A DNA stretch of 64,000 nucleotides from Trypanosoma brucei (Eukaryota). This document shows, piece after piece, positions 31,771 through 45,112 of the stretch (its first letter is position 1; the number at the start of each line of letters is the position of its first letter). Below the pieces are notes generated by a model that was given only the letters and a program-made list of their open reading frames with translations, searched no databases and had not been told where the DNA came from. Position numbers and translations under genes: made by a program. The stretch spans positions 704,001 to 768,000 of the forward strand of contig AL929603.2 of the NCBI GenBank assembly GCA_000002445.1, written 5' to 3'.

Positions 31771-33634
31771 GTTGTGATATCCCTTAACCGCAAATACTAA
31801 TAATAACAATAATAATAATAATAGTGACGGCGGTAGCAATTTAAAAATATATGTAAATAAGTAAATAAATAAGGGGAAAAAAAGAAAGAAAGAAAGAGCA
31901 CAGATGCGGAAAAGAAAAGTAGAAGCAAACACGCTAAAAGACAAAATCAACATCCGGATTCAGGATATCACACACCTCACCGAAACACGTGGAGAATTAC
32001 AAAATACCAAAAGTAGGCGGCTGAGGCAAAAGCAAAAAAAATTAAAAAAAACAGCAACAACAACAACAACGGGAGGGGGAGTCCAAACACACATACGCAA
32101 ATATTTTATCATGGAAAACGCACTTCATGATGTCATTACCATAACGCCAAAGCGGGATTCATGCGCTCAACTATAGAAAATGGTGAAGCAATCTTATGCA
32201 TAAAACTATACACTAAAGGAAAAAGAGAAAAAGAAAAAGAAAAAAGAAAAAACAGAATCCTCGAGCCTCTTCATGTCACGACTAATTAATGAACCTAAAA
32301 CATCAAACCTTTCAAGTGGAGACACTAAAATAATTTTCTTTTTTTTAAAAAAAAAAAAGAATAATGAAGAATAATGAAGAGAATTCGATGAGAGCAATGG
32401 CGTCTTCCCACAACATAAATGAAAAAAAAAGGAAAAAAAGAAGTTACTCCTCCACACCTTTTAGGTCGAAACATCATTTCACAAGAGGGACGTAAGTGAG
32501 CTCTTGTGAAATGAAGCAAACCTTAAAGAGTTTAAACACTTGCGGGACTCGAGTCTACGCGCCAAACCCTTTTTTTTTATAATTCTCCTCCCGCCATATA
32601 TTACAGTTAGTGGTGATATTGATAGTTCACACCCTCATAACCACTACACGTAATAGAAGGAAATAAATTAATAATATTAATAACATTAATAATATTAATA
32701 ATAAAACAGACTGATACAATGTTGTAATTTTTGTTAGACAAATACAAACTTTTCCACCATAAAAGTTTTACACACACACACAAACACATAAATATATATA
32801 ATATATATATATAAAGGGGGAGAGAAAGAAGGAGATAGAGACGTTGGTAACGAAATACAAGCGGGAATGAAACGATTATGGTAATGATGGTAATGCTAAT
32901 AATGATGATGGAACGAAAAGAAGAAAGGAGGAAAAGGAAAGGAGAGGAAAGGAAATAATACGCAACAAAATTACAAAGAATACACAAAAAGAAAAAAAAG
33001 AAGGAAGGAAAGAAAGAGACTACGGGGTGGAAGATCAACCAACCAAAAAAAAAAACAAGGAAGGTGATCACAAGATACTTGACGCTACATCTTTACATGT
33101 AATTTTTATTTATTCATTTCTTCACAATAATCCTCCTTTTCCTTTCTTTTCCTTTTGTTGATTCCGTTCCCCCGCTTCCATCAAATAACTCCGCACAGTT
33201 CGGTCATTTCACTAATTGCTACTCCCCAGAAACGGGAACTCACTTACGCACCTGCTCTGATGATTCATATACTTTTGTTTTTGTCTCTTTTAAATCACTT
33301 TTTGTTTTTTTCTTCTCCTTTTTTTTATTTAAGAAAAAAAAATCAAAATTCCTTCTTCGTTTCCTCATCCCTTTTTTTTTGTTAATCTTCCCCCTCGCAT
33401 CACACCAAACTTACTCACCAAATATATATATTTCATGCATAAAAATGCACATGCAATAAACGGAAACAAAAAACAGGAGGAGAAAACAACATAGAAAAGG
33501 ATGCAAAATGCGTACAGACACAAAAAAAAAAAGAAAATACATGCAGCCACTGGGTATTGCAAATAAAAAAAAAAGGGAAAAAGGGAAGGGAACTTTCACA
33601 CGCAAAACAATTGCACGTGCAGCTTCCCCCATTC

Positions 33635-33664
33635 ACATACGCCCACATACGCCCACATACGCCC
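33635..33664. repeat. 10-bp tandem repeat (acatacgccc) x 3 in the 3' flank of the 791-aa gene
   Basis: Read directly from the sequence. Confidence 0.9.
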
Positions 33665-33756
33665 ACACACATACACATATATTTTTATATACGTGTGTTT
33701 ATGAACATTTGTGTGACGAAGGAGTTCTCATATCTCCTCTATACATTTCCCCCACT

Positions 33757-36132
33757 CTACCACAGCCGCACTCTTGTTTTCTTATGTAATTGTTCAGTAT
33801 CTTCATCATCACTCGCATCGGAGCCTTCATATTCCTCTCCATCAGTGCGAGATCCTCCATCAGACTCACCTGCATCAGTCGCACGATTTATAACCGCCCT
33901 GAAAAATGAAGCAAATGTGTTCATACAACCATTACGTTTGGGCTCCCGCTCACGCCGACGCCGCTTCTTACGATCACCACCACTGAAAGCGCTAGGATGA
34001 AATAATGAAGTTCGACTGTCAGCGTCATCATCATCATCATCATCAACATCATCAACATCATCGTCATTCTCATCGCGGCAAACGGCAGCATTTCCCTCCC
34101 CATTATTTGTTTCATTACTTGGACGCACCTTCCTTTTATTGGCTTCAACAACAACAGCTGCATCCGCCACAGTTCCATCTCGCACCGCAACTGCAGCACA
34201 TTCATCCTTCAATTGTACAACGAGAGCACCGTTGCCAAGTTCCTTCGGCGCATTAGCAGTTTGAATATCAGAAGATGATGGCAGTTTCTTATCACTGCAC
34301 ACGACTGCACTTCCCTCATTTCCGCTGGTCGGGACGCTGATGCAAATGTTTTCAACATGCTGCGGAGGCATCGAAACATTTTGGTTAGCCATAACACCCG
34401 TTACACCATTAGCAGCAACAAAAGTAGTAGTGGTAGGAGCTGTTGTTGCTGTTGTAGTGTCGTCACCAACACGAGTGCTATCATAACGTGTTAAAGGGAG
34501 AACTGTAGTCCCAATCATACGCATCACTGGAGATGGTGCAGCATTTACTTGAGGATATGTTGCACGACAGTCGGGAGCACCACCAGTTTGGCAACTTGAC
34601 CTTATGGATGACAGGCGGCATTCCGCAATTGAAGCTGCGGCCGTCGTTGCCGATGGGGTGGACACCGCCCAGCAACTCGACGCCCTGTCGTTTGCAGAAG
34701 CCGGCCCCTCCTGCTGTTGTTGATGTTGATGTGGTGATAATACCGTGCCGATATCGATGCCAGCAGACCAGGAACGGAGAGTTTCGTGAAGCTGGTCTGC
34801 AGAAGCCTGAACCTGAACAATGGCCTCCAGCCAACCCTTCACGGTGGATAATTCCGTGTCTATCTGTCGTCGCCTTGCTTCATATTCCTCCATCGTGGGA
34901 TCGTAACTGTCCATAGCAGCCAAACGCTCATCGAGGCGTCCCGCTTCCTCTACACGGTTGGAACCGAGGCGGGCGATACGAGTTCTCATATCGTTCAGTC
35001 GTTCCCGTGCGTCGTTACACAACCCTTGCAAAGCAACCAATGCTCGGTTTGCCGTTACATTTTCCTTTAGTCCACGCAATAAATCGCCACAACTGGCGCC
35101 CACAACCTCCTCCCACTGTTGCCGCAACCGAAGTCCACACACATGAACAGTAACCTGAAGGTCATCAACAGGATGCCCGCCAAGCGACAACTGCTCCCGT
35201 TGGGGTGGTACTACAAAAGGGAACCCGAGGGACTGGCCATTGTTATGAGAAGGAGATTTGGTCTGAATATCCCCCAGAGCAGCGCACACTTGATCTTGTT
35301 CCTCCCGAAGTTTCTTGAAGCTCTGAGCAAATGTTCCCACATGCGACAGAATTCCCTTGCATTCACTCAAATCAACGTCCACCCGCGAACGGCCTCGCTG
35401 CCCCTTGACTGAACCGACAGGACCATTTGGCACCATGTGCTGCAGCGGTTGCTGCGGAGATGTAAATAAAAAGCTGTCCGTTAAGGAAGCAGCTGATGTT
35501 GCCTGAAATGAAGCGGCAGCACATTCAATAGCCTTTTGAAGCTCATCCCAACGCCGAAGTATGGCCTCACCTTCTTCGAGCCGCTGTTTAACTTGCATCC
35601 GAGCCACTGCGTAACGCCCCAACGCAAATTCAATTATGGAAACGGCTTCCTTCTCCTCAGGCCGGATCGAGCGGTCAGACATAAATTTTTGCATTTCAGC
35701 CACACAACCTGGCAATGCGGGGTTGAAGTCGGCAGTAGGCGCCAACGTTGCCGAATTGTTGGATAAACGAGAAACGGAAACATCCTCCTTCGAGGCCTCT
35801 ACGTGACTGTTTACCACATTATTGGAAATGGCAACACTGTTGAGAGCGGAGGACGCGACATAACTACTGAAAATATCAAAAGGGTTGTTCGTGGCATTGC
35901 AACCGCTAGCAGCTGTCACCACCTGCACATCATTATTAACAGTTCCGGTTCCGCTGCATTGCGTGGATAAGCAGCCGGGTTGCGGTATGGTGGCGTTGGT
36001 GTTGGTGTTGGTGTTGGAATGGTTCAATGGTGTAAAGTGAGTTGACATGGTAGAAGAAACCGCATCACTTTTAACACCCGCTAAACCATTGGAATTCCGC
36101 GCTGTGACCTGCGATGGCAGGAAGGAGGCCAT
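33757..36132 (-). CDS. Hypothetical protein, 791 aa. Low-complexity Ser/Thr/Asn-rich N-terminal half, coiled-coil middle, and an acidic poly-Asp segment followed by a basic tail
   Basis: Long ORF with a polyY tract and AG immediately upstream on the minus strand. In-frame (CAT)n and (GGTGTT)n microsatellites encode poly-Asp and NTNT runs. No family recognised. Confidence 0.65.
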   Translation of the reverse strand: MASFLPSQVTARNSNGLAGVKSDAVSSTMSTHFTPLNHSNTNTNTNATIPQPGCLSTQCSGTGTVNNDVQVVTAASGCNATNNPFDIFSSYVASSALNSVAISNNVVNSHVEASKEDVSVSRLSNNSATLAPTADFNPALPGCVAEMQKFMSDRSIRPEEKEAVSIIEFALGRYAVARMQVKQRLEEGEAILRRWDELQKAIECAAASFQATSAASLTDSFLFTSPQQPLQHMVPNGPVGSVKGQRGRSRVDVDLSECKGILSHVGTFAQSFKKLREEQDQVCAALGDIQTKSPSHNNGQSLGFPFVVPPQREQLSLGGHPVDDLQVTVHVCGLRLRQQWEEVVGASCGDLLRGLKENVTANRALVALQGLCNDARERLNDMRTRIARLGSNRVEEAGRLDERLAAMDSYDPTMEEYEARRRQIDTELSTVKGWLEAIVQVQASADQLHETLRSWSAGIDIGTVLSPHQHQQQQEGPASANDRASSCWAVSTPSATTAAASIAECRLSSIRSSCQTGGAPDCRATYPQVNAAPSPVMRMIGTTVLPLTRYDSTRVGDDTTTATTAPTTTTFVAANGVTGVMANQNVSMPPQHVENICISVPTSGNEGSAVVCSDKKLPSSSDIQTANAPKELGNGALVVQLKDECAAVAVRDGTVADAAVVVEANKRKVRPSNETNNGEGNAAVCRDENDDDVDDVDDDDDDDADSRTSLFHPSAFSGGDRKKRRRREREPKRNGCMNTFASFFRAVINRATDAGESDGGSRTDGEEYEGSDASDDEDTEQLHKKTRVRLW

Positions 36133-38057
36133 TTTGGAAATGGAAACGTGTGTAATAAGGAGAGGGAAAAGATAACTAAAAGAATTAATAATAATAATAA
36201 TAATATATATATATATATATATATTTATTTATAGAAGAAGATGGGGGGAAGAAAGAAAAAAAGAGATGAATTGATTGCAGAGACTGAGTGGAAGGAACAC
36301 AAACGCAAATGCACATACTTGTTAGCGATGGGGGAGAAGAAAAAAAAAAGGTGCTAAAGCACCAGAGGAAAAGAAGAAGGAAAATTAAAAAAAAAAAAAT
36401 GAAACAACAAAACAGGGGAGATGTAAAATTTGACCAAGCAATAAAACAATCAAACAAAAAGAAGGAAAAAAAAGATACCTCAGGCAGAAAATGACTCAAA
36501 GGAGTGAACCAAACACATTTGTTATCATCATCCTCCTCTTCGTACATTTTTTTTTGCTTTGCTTTGCTTTTTTTTTTTTGCTTTGCTTTGCGCATGTTTG
36601 TGTGTCTTCTTATCCCTCAGTGCAGGAAGCGGCCAAACTCATCAGTTATCATTCACAAAAAAAAAAAAATGCGGTAATTTGTCCCGTCATTTTCGTTTAG
36701 TACTGTAAAGTAAAGGGACGCCTCACGATAATAAGAAAATGATGAAACTGTAGTTTTTGTTTCGTTATCTTTTTTTTTCTTTTCTTTTTTACCTTTGCCT
36801 CTTTTAAGTGAGGTAAAGGTAAAAAAGAAAAAAAAGAAAAAAGAAAAAAAATTAGTTCACGGGAAAACAACTTCACAACTGATATGCAAGCATGCAAAAG
36901 TAAGCAATAAATTGTAAGAGGCAGAAAAAAAAAAACAAAAAAAAACAAAAAAAAAAGAAAAAAAAGAAGTTTGAAAGGTATTCAAAACAAAACAAAACAA
37001 AAAAATTAAAAAGAATCAAAGCAACTTCACAAAGAAAAAAAAGAAAAAGAAAAAGAGGGTACACAGAAATGAATCAATGTCACAACGAGAGAAATAAATA
37101 AAAGAGGAGATATTTGCCACGCAGAATGGAGGGAGGTACACACTGAAGGGGAAAATGTAAATAAATATTATGAAAGTATTGAAACCGCTTGACGGAATAA
37201 ACAATGATAACAATAATAAAGGGAAATAAAAGGGAAATAAAAGGTGCCTCAAATTACCGTAATGATACCGAAGCAGAGGTGTACACGCCGCCATCAAACA
37301 AATGATGGCAACGTCAATTTAAAAAATATAAATATATACACAAAAAAAGATGTGAAAAAAAAAAATCACGGCGAAAGAGATCTCAGAAAAAATTAACAAA
37401 GGATGAAAAGGACATATGTGTGTGTGAGTGTGTGAGTGTGTGAGAGAGAGTCGCCTCATACAAAATGCTCCTTTTTTTTTTTGTTTTGTTTGAGCCATCA
37501 GCACCTTTCTTTTTTTTTTTTAATCCATCATTATTGTTAATAATCCTCATCTCAACATTTTCTCTTGTATTTTCTTTTTTTTTCTTTTCCACTTCATTTC
37601 ATCATCACGGCTCATCCCCATTTCAAACACCGTCATTTCAACCTTTCGTTTCCCTTTCAAACACATAAACACACGTAAGAAAAAAAGAAAGAAAAGAAAA
37701 ACAAAGCTCCAGAAGGGGGGAGGAAAAAAAAAAAGATGTATAAATTTAAATATAACCAAATATTCGTATAATTTTGTGTGTTTTTGTTTCTTTTTTTTTC
37801 TTTTAATTTTTCTCTTTTAGTGTTTGTTACTCCCGTAACCTCCATTCATTCATTCATTCATTCATGCAACATTCTCTCTTGTATTTTCTTTTATTTTCTC
37901 TCTTACATCATTTCTCTTGTCCGTATGTGACTTTGCGCGTGTGAGGTTTCTTTTTTTTTTTTTTTCCTCTCTCTCTCCACCTTCATTTGAACCTCCTCAA
38001 ACGCAAAAAAAAAAAAAGAAAAAAATGTGTGCTTGTATATATACGTTTAAACATACG

Positions 38058-38090
<33 letters not shown>

Positions 38091-38119
38091 ATATAATATT
38101 AATATAATATAATATATAT
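38058..38119. repeat. (TA)n microsatellite degenerating into (TATAA/TAATA)n
   Basis: Read directly from the sequence. Confidence 0.9.
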
Positions 38120-40879
38120 GTGTACGTATATATATATAAATATATGTCTGTGTGTGTTTGTATGTGTTTATGTAAAAGGCGTAATTCACTGGGCAGCAGT
38201 TCCTTCCAACAGAGTTGAAATAATTGTAATGACTGCATGACACTCAGCCATTTATTTATTTATTTATCTAAAATATTGACGGTTTCGATGCATCCGCAAC
38301 GACAGGCGGTTATGTGTGCTCTCTCATTTTCCTTTCAGTTCCTTCACACATTTGCGTCTTCATAAGTACATTTATACTCAATAGTCTCATTATTTCCAAC
38401 AATGATATAATAATAACAAATTTATGTTGTTAAGAATGATATCCAAAACATTTCTTTTTATCATTGTTATTATTTGCATATTTCTTTTTTTTTTTCATTC
38501 TAACCTGTTCATATCTTACAACTGCTCCGTGTAATCCTCTCCATTAAATATCGTCATTTTGTTTTTCTTTTTTTTTTTCTCTACCTTTTTTTTTCTTTTT
38601 TTTTCTTGAACTCTTTCCTCTTCAGCTTGAGTGGAAAAAAAAAAACACAAAAACACACACACACACACAAAACAAAAAAAAATTTGGAGGAAGCGGGAAC
38701 AGAGAAAGAAAGAAAGAAAAAAAACAATAATAATAACAATAACAATAACAACAGCAGGAGCGCGCGCCTTTGCTTCATTCCTTTCTCTCTTTTTTTTTTT
38801 CCGTTTCACTCATTCATTTTCTTTACTTTTCTTTTTCTTTTTCTTTTCAATAATCATAATCATAGCAGAAACGAAAAGGAAGTGAAATAACGTGAAGCAA
38901 AAAAAGAAAGTGAATACCATTGAGATACTGAAGTGTATAAGTAAAGTATATATAAATATAAATAATATATAAACCAAAATGCATGTATATTTATTTATAA
39001 TTTCATGTGGCCGCGGAAGCTCACCGGCGCGCATACTCTAAAAAGAAAAAAAAGAAGAAAAACATAAGAAGTATAATATTAATAATAATAATAATAGTAC
39101 GATATAATAAAATACCCTTTCAGTATCTGTCATCATTATTTGAAAAAAAAAACAAGAAAAGAAAAGAAAGGGGGGAAATTACGAAGTTTGTCGTTTTTTT
39201 TTCCCTTTTCGAAGGGGGGGGGGGTGTTGCTGGTTTACATTTCATTTTTTATTTTTTATTATTGTTATTTTTCCTCTACACCAAAAAAAAAAAAAGAAGG
39301 ACGATGGACAGCACAACGATGATATTTAAAAAAAAAAAGAACAATGATGGTACAATAATAACCGAACAAAACGAAATAAAACAAAAAAAAAGAAAAGAAA
39401 CAAATGAAGCGGAGGAAATTTCTCACCTCCCATAAAAACTTCTTTCAGTTGATATAAATAAATATTTAAATATTGCATAACGTTCATACGAGTATATAAA
39501 AATAATAATAATAATAACAGACAACAAAGAGCGTGCACCCAAAAGAAGGAGGGATTTAAAAAAAAAGAGAAAAAAAGAGAGAAAAAAAAACGTTCGTATA
39601 TAATTATTGGCGTTATAATATAAAACTATATAATTTCTTATTTGAAACAAAAAAAGAAAAACAATCAAGGATTTCATAGTTTACAAATATTTGTACGTGA
39701 ACAATAATACATTCGCGGACATGAACACAGATATTCATTGAAGAATAGAAGCAGGAAAAAAAAAAAAGAAGAGCGTACATGTAACAAATAAAAATAAAAA
39801 CAATTATTCATGAGCAAATGATACAAACAAACATGTACAGATACACACACGTATATATGCAAATGTACATGTCATTTTTTCTCTCTTCTGTGGGAGCTGC
39901 TTGAACGGAAATCTTGACAAAACAACAACAATAATAATAATAATAATAAAAGCAACAATAAGAAGGGGAAAAGGGAGGGGGAAAGAAAAAGAAAAGAAAA
40001 GAAATTTGATAGCGATTTGTAAATAATCGAATCAAATAAAATTGAACAAATATTTCATGCAAACATGCATATATAAATATATAAATATATGTGTGTGTAT
40101 TTGTCCCTTTTTTCTTTTTCTTTTCTCTGTTCTCCCTCTCATTTGCCCTCATAATTCATAGCAGCATCCGTGTCACCGAGTTTATCTGTGAAGAATAGTT
40201 ACCATATAATTAATATCACAATGATGATGGTAATAATAATAATAATAATGAGCGAATAATGAAAAACACAAAAAAACACAAAAAAACAAAAACAGACACA
40301 CAGTAGTAGTAGTAATAATAATAATAATAATAAAAGTGGCATATAAAGACGAGGAGGAGGGGGGCGGGGAGGAGACAATTTAACAAAAAGAAAAAAGAAA
40401 AAATCATTTAATTTTCATTTTTATTACACAATGCACTTGTCATCTCCCCTCATCTTTCTGTTACCGCCCCTATGATTATTATTATCATTATTATTATTAT
40501 TATTATTGCTAGTGCTGTTATCATCATAATCATGACCTTTCGCGGATATCACCGCGTGTCATTTCTGCCATTCATCCGATAAATCCCGTCGATGCCTTTT
40601 TTTTTTTGTTTTTTCCCTCTTTTTTTTTTTATTTCATTCTTTTTCCTCCCTCACTTATAAATAAATAAACAAGTAAATAATAAATGATTTCTCATAGTTT
40701 TCTTTTTACGGTTTCAGCTTCAGGAGTCATGGCAACAGCATTACGGCGGATGAAAGCAGGGGAGAGGAAAATCAAAATATTTCTCTTTTTTTTTTTTAAG
40801 AAAAAAAAAGAACAAGAAAATACAATCTTGTGAGTTTGAAAAGCCGTAAATATATATATATATATATTTATTTATTTAT

Positions 40880-40912
40880 AATATATTTATAATATATTTA
40901 TAATATATTTAT
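40880..40912. repeat. 11-bp tandem repeat (aatatatttat) x 3, following a (TA)n and (TTTA)n run
   Basis: Read directly from the sequence. Confidence 0.9.
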
Positions 40913-42337
40913 AATGGATAGAGGGAATTGACAATGCAACACAATAACAGCACAAAAAAAAGAAAACGAAAAAAAAAAAAGAAAAGACAAGACAAGACAA
41001 GTTGCCCCTCCCCCCTCCTCCAACAACAAAAAAAAAAGAAAAAACTCTTTGATTACCCGTCATCCTCTGTAAAGAGTCATTTAATTCTACTTTCACTTTT
41101 TTTTTCTTTTTTTCTTTTTTTTTTTTTTTAGCCTCTCATTTCCTCTCGTTTCATTTCATAATTTTGAAACAAAATATTCATCCTCTCTTTTCTTTTCTTT
41201 TCTTTTCTTTCTTTTTTTTCTTTTTTTTTTTTTGATACTCGACAAAGTGTAGAAATTCATCACATGCATCCAAAACACCACACGAAACGTATATCTCAAA
41301 AGAAAAAAAAAAAAGAAAAGACAAACACAAACACAAATTTATTCATCAACGCCATCATATTCATTCGCTATCCCAATCTCATCAATTCCCTTAACTTTTC
41401 CCACCAGTTCCCTTTTTTTTTCTTTTTTTTTCTTTTTTTTTCTTTTTTTTTCTTTTCTTTTCTCTTTTCATACGTGAGTACATTTCTTCTATTCGTACAT
41501 CCATCCTTATCTCCCCACAACGGCATACACCCCCGTTAAGATCTAATGCAAAAACAAAACAAAACGAAACAAAACACACACGAGAGGGAAAAAAAAAGAT
41601 AAAAAAAGATAAAAAAAAAAGAAAAAAAAAGATTCCCATTTCTGCTTTTTATCAAACCCCCACACACACACAAACACAAACACAAACAAACACACATGAA
41701 ATATACGAATTATATACATATATATATATATATATATATGTATTCGTACACTTGACATGCATATATTTACGATAATCACACACGTGCCAAATGCAAATGT
41801 GACAAATTTACATATAAATATTTATAAATAAATAAACAAAAATTAATAATGCACATAATACAAAGGTGGATACGACATGTGCGTGTGTGCTTGCACTTTT
41901 TTATTTATTTTTTTATTTTTTTCTCTCCCTCCTCCCTCCCCCCCCCCCGTGCGGGTAAAAAAAAAAATTATATTGTTCAATCGTATTCAAACCTTAACAC
42001 TTTGCTTTTCTTTTATCTCCTTCTCTCTTTCTTTCTTTCTTTTTTTTTTCGTTTTCCTTTACTCCTCGGTAAACTTTTTATTTTACATTCTTGTCATCGT
42101 TATATTACATTATATTACATTATATTTATTTATTGTTAGTTTTAAGTTATTTATTATAAGAGATGAACTTATTTCTTTCTTTTCTTTTCTTTTAAAATCT
42201 TTTTTCGAATTTCAGTTCTTTACGTTAGGAAATGGGAAACACCCACCTGCCCCAAAGTACGAAAACAAAAATAAAGAAAAAGAAAAAGAAAGAAAAGTAA
42301 AGAAGACAATGAAAAATAACGACAATAATATTATATT

Positions 42338-42391
42338 TATTTTTATTTTTATTTTTATTTTTATTTTTATTTTTATTTTTATTTTTATTTT
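42338..42391. repeat. (ATTTTT)9 hexanucleotide microsatellite
   Basis: Perfect period-6 repeat read directly from the sequence. Confidence 0.95.
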
Positions 42392-44488
42392 TACTATTGT
42401 TGTTAAAAAAGAAAAAAAAACGCTGCGCGTGGTGGAATTTCTACTGTGAAGTGAAAGAAACAAAAACACACACACAACAGCAGAGCTAAATTTCTTTTAT
42501 GAAATATATATATATTTATTTATTTATTTATTTATTTAAAAAAAAAAGCAATTCGCATCAGTGTCTTTGCGTACGTATACGCCACCGTAATGAAACTTCA
42601 TGGAACAAACAAACAAACACAAAAAACACAAAAAAGAAAAATGTGGAACTGCTTTTTTTTTTATCTATTCGTTTCTCTTTTCTTTTTAAAAAAAAAAATC
42701 CTTTTTCTTTTTTTAGGTTCTTTCAGTCTTCAATATTATTATTATTATTATTGTCTGTTGTGTTTTTTTTTTTTATGGACGTGTGAGTGGAAGAAGCAAC
42801 GGCAGCGAGTTCCATGACATAATGTCATTCAAACGATAATACAAAAACAAAACAAAAAACGAAAGGAAATGAAATGAAATGAATAGAAAACATTGGAATA
42901 GAAATGGACAGCAGCAATTTGTATATAAAATAAAAAAGATATGATATGCTTTGTCTCCTGTAAACCAACACAATAACAAATACAACAGACACAGTAACCA
43001 TACAATGATGGTACAAAAAAAAAAAAGAAAAAAGAAAAAAGAAAAAAGAAAGAGAATATAGTCAGAAACACGCATACAAGCATACATATATTTCACGTGT
43101 AAATATATAGAGGTATATATAAATATAAAAGTAAATATATATATATATATATATAATATATATATATATAAATAAATATATGCAAATATATATAAATATA
43201 TATATAGAGAGAGATTAGTGGTGCATTGATATAACGTTTCCCATCATGGTAACATCATATAAAGGCTCCACATAATCAAGTAGCAAAGTCTGTATGAAAG
43301 TGTCAGGGGGATTTGATAAAGCAAGGGAAAAGTACGGTGAAAGCCAAAACTGGGGGGGAAAAAGAAAGAGGGAGTAAGAGATCTTTTTTTTTGTGTTTTT
43401 TTTTTTTTTGAGAGCAGTAAAACACAAACAAAAACACACAAAAAAACAAAAACAAGAACAAAAACAAAAGGGTGGAAAAACAAATATTTTTCGTTTTCTT
43501 TACTTTCCTTTTTTTTTTCTTTTTCAAATGAAAAGACATCATCAGTTCCCCTTGAGTACTTTTAATGTCCTTCATTTATTCTCCATTTATTCATCATGCA
43601 GGTGCCTATTACCCGCTGTTGTTTTTTTTTTTCACTTCTTCCCCTTTTTGTTGTTGTTATTTGTTTGTTTGTTTGTTTTTCTCTCATTTATCTCATGCAT
43701 ATTAACTAATTCAAACACCACTAAACCATTCTCACTAATTCATCCATCCACAAAAAAAAAAAAAAAATTACTCATTTACTAAATCACTATAATCATTTCC
43801 ATTCACTCAATTCATTCACGCACTAAACCATTTTACACAACAGTTCAACAACATAATTCATTCACGTACTCTTTTTGGCTAAGCCCCTTTTTCTCTAGCC
43901 TTATACCCACATTTCCTTTTCTTTTTTTTTCTTTGCAAAACAAAAACAAAACAAACACGCACAAACACGCACAAACAAACATATAAATAAATACAAAACA
44001 AAATAAAACAAAATAAAATAGATAAAAAGTAACCTTCTTCTCTTCTCTTTTCTTATTTTCTTTTTTTTTCTTTTTTTTTTTTTGTTTCAATCGCCAATGT
44101 GTGGGGAACAATTTCTTCTACTTTACCTCAGAGAGGTAGACACAAATAAATAAATAAAACAAAAGGGCGGAGGCACTTCTCGTGTGTTCATTTAATGCCG
44201 TCTTTTTTTTTTTTGGTTTTTCATACGTGTTTGTTCGTTTGCGTATTTGTGCGTTTTATTTTGTTTTCACCTACTTATTTATTTATTTGTTTATTTATTT
44301 ATGCGTTTTCCTTTCTTTGATTTTACACACACTCTGGTGTTGACAACCAAGTCAAAAGTATGAGAAATTCTCTTTGCTTTGTTTCCCTCTTCCTTCTTCC
44401 TTCAAGAAAATAATAATAATTAATAATAATAATAATAAACCATACGCAAGAAACGTACCAAAATTTATTATTTTCTCTTTCTTTTCTC

Positions 44489-44519
<31 letters not shown>

Positions 44520-45077
44520 GAAGGAAGGAAGGAAGGAAGAGCCGATGAGGAAACAAAAAACAAAAAACAAAAACAAAAACAAAACTAAAACTAAAACTCG
44601 AAAAAGTGGGAAAAGTGGCAAAACAAAAACAGGAAGGGAAAGGGAAACTTGCATGCCATTCATTGACGACGACTCTATCATCATAGGACTGATATGTTGT
44701 CACTACTATCGGATTTTCTCTTCATTTCTCTTGTATTTTCTTCAATTTTGTTTGAAATTCTCCTTTTTCTCACCACCAGTTTTGATCCAAATAATCCAAC
44801 CTACTCATAACGATGACAACAACAATATAAATAATAACAATAATACGTTCTTCCTCTTCTCCGGTTGTTTAGTTGACAGTTTCACCTTTGCTTGTTTCTT
44901 CATTTTTTTTTTTCTTCTTCTTCATTTTTCTTTCTTTTTTTTTTCTTTTTCTCAACATCCAATTGATTTCTCTCATCATTCTCACGTCTACGAAAAAAAA
45001 AAAAATCACTACCAACACAATCAAAACAATCAAAACAAAAAAAAAGGGGGAAAAAACAACCATAACAACAGATAAAA

Positions 45078-45112
45078 GGGAATTAAAAAGGGAATTAAAA
45101 AGGAATTAAAAA
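45078..45112. repeat. 12-bp tandem repeat (gggaattaaaaa) x about 3
   Basis: Read directly: gggaattaaaaa gggaattaaaaa ggaattaaaaa. Confidence 0.9.
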
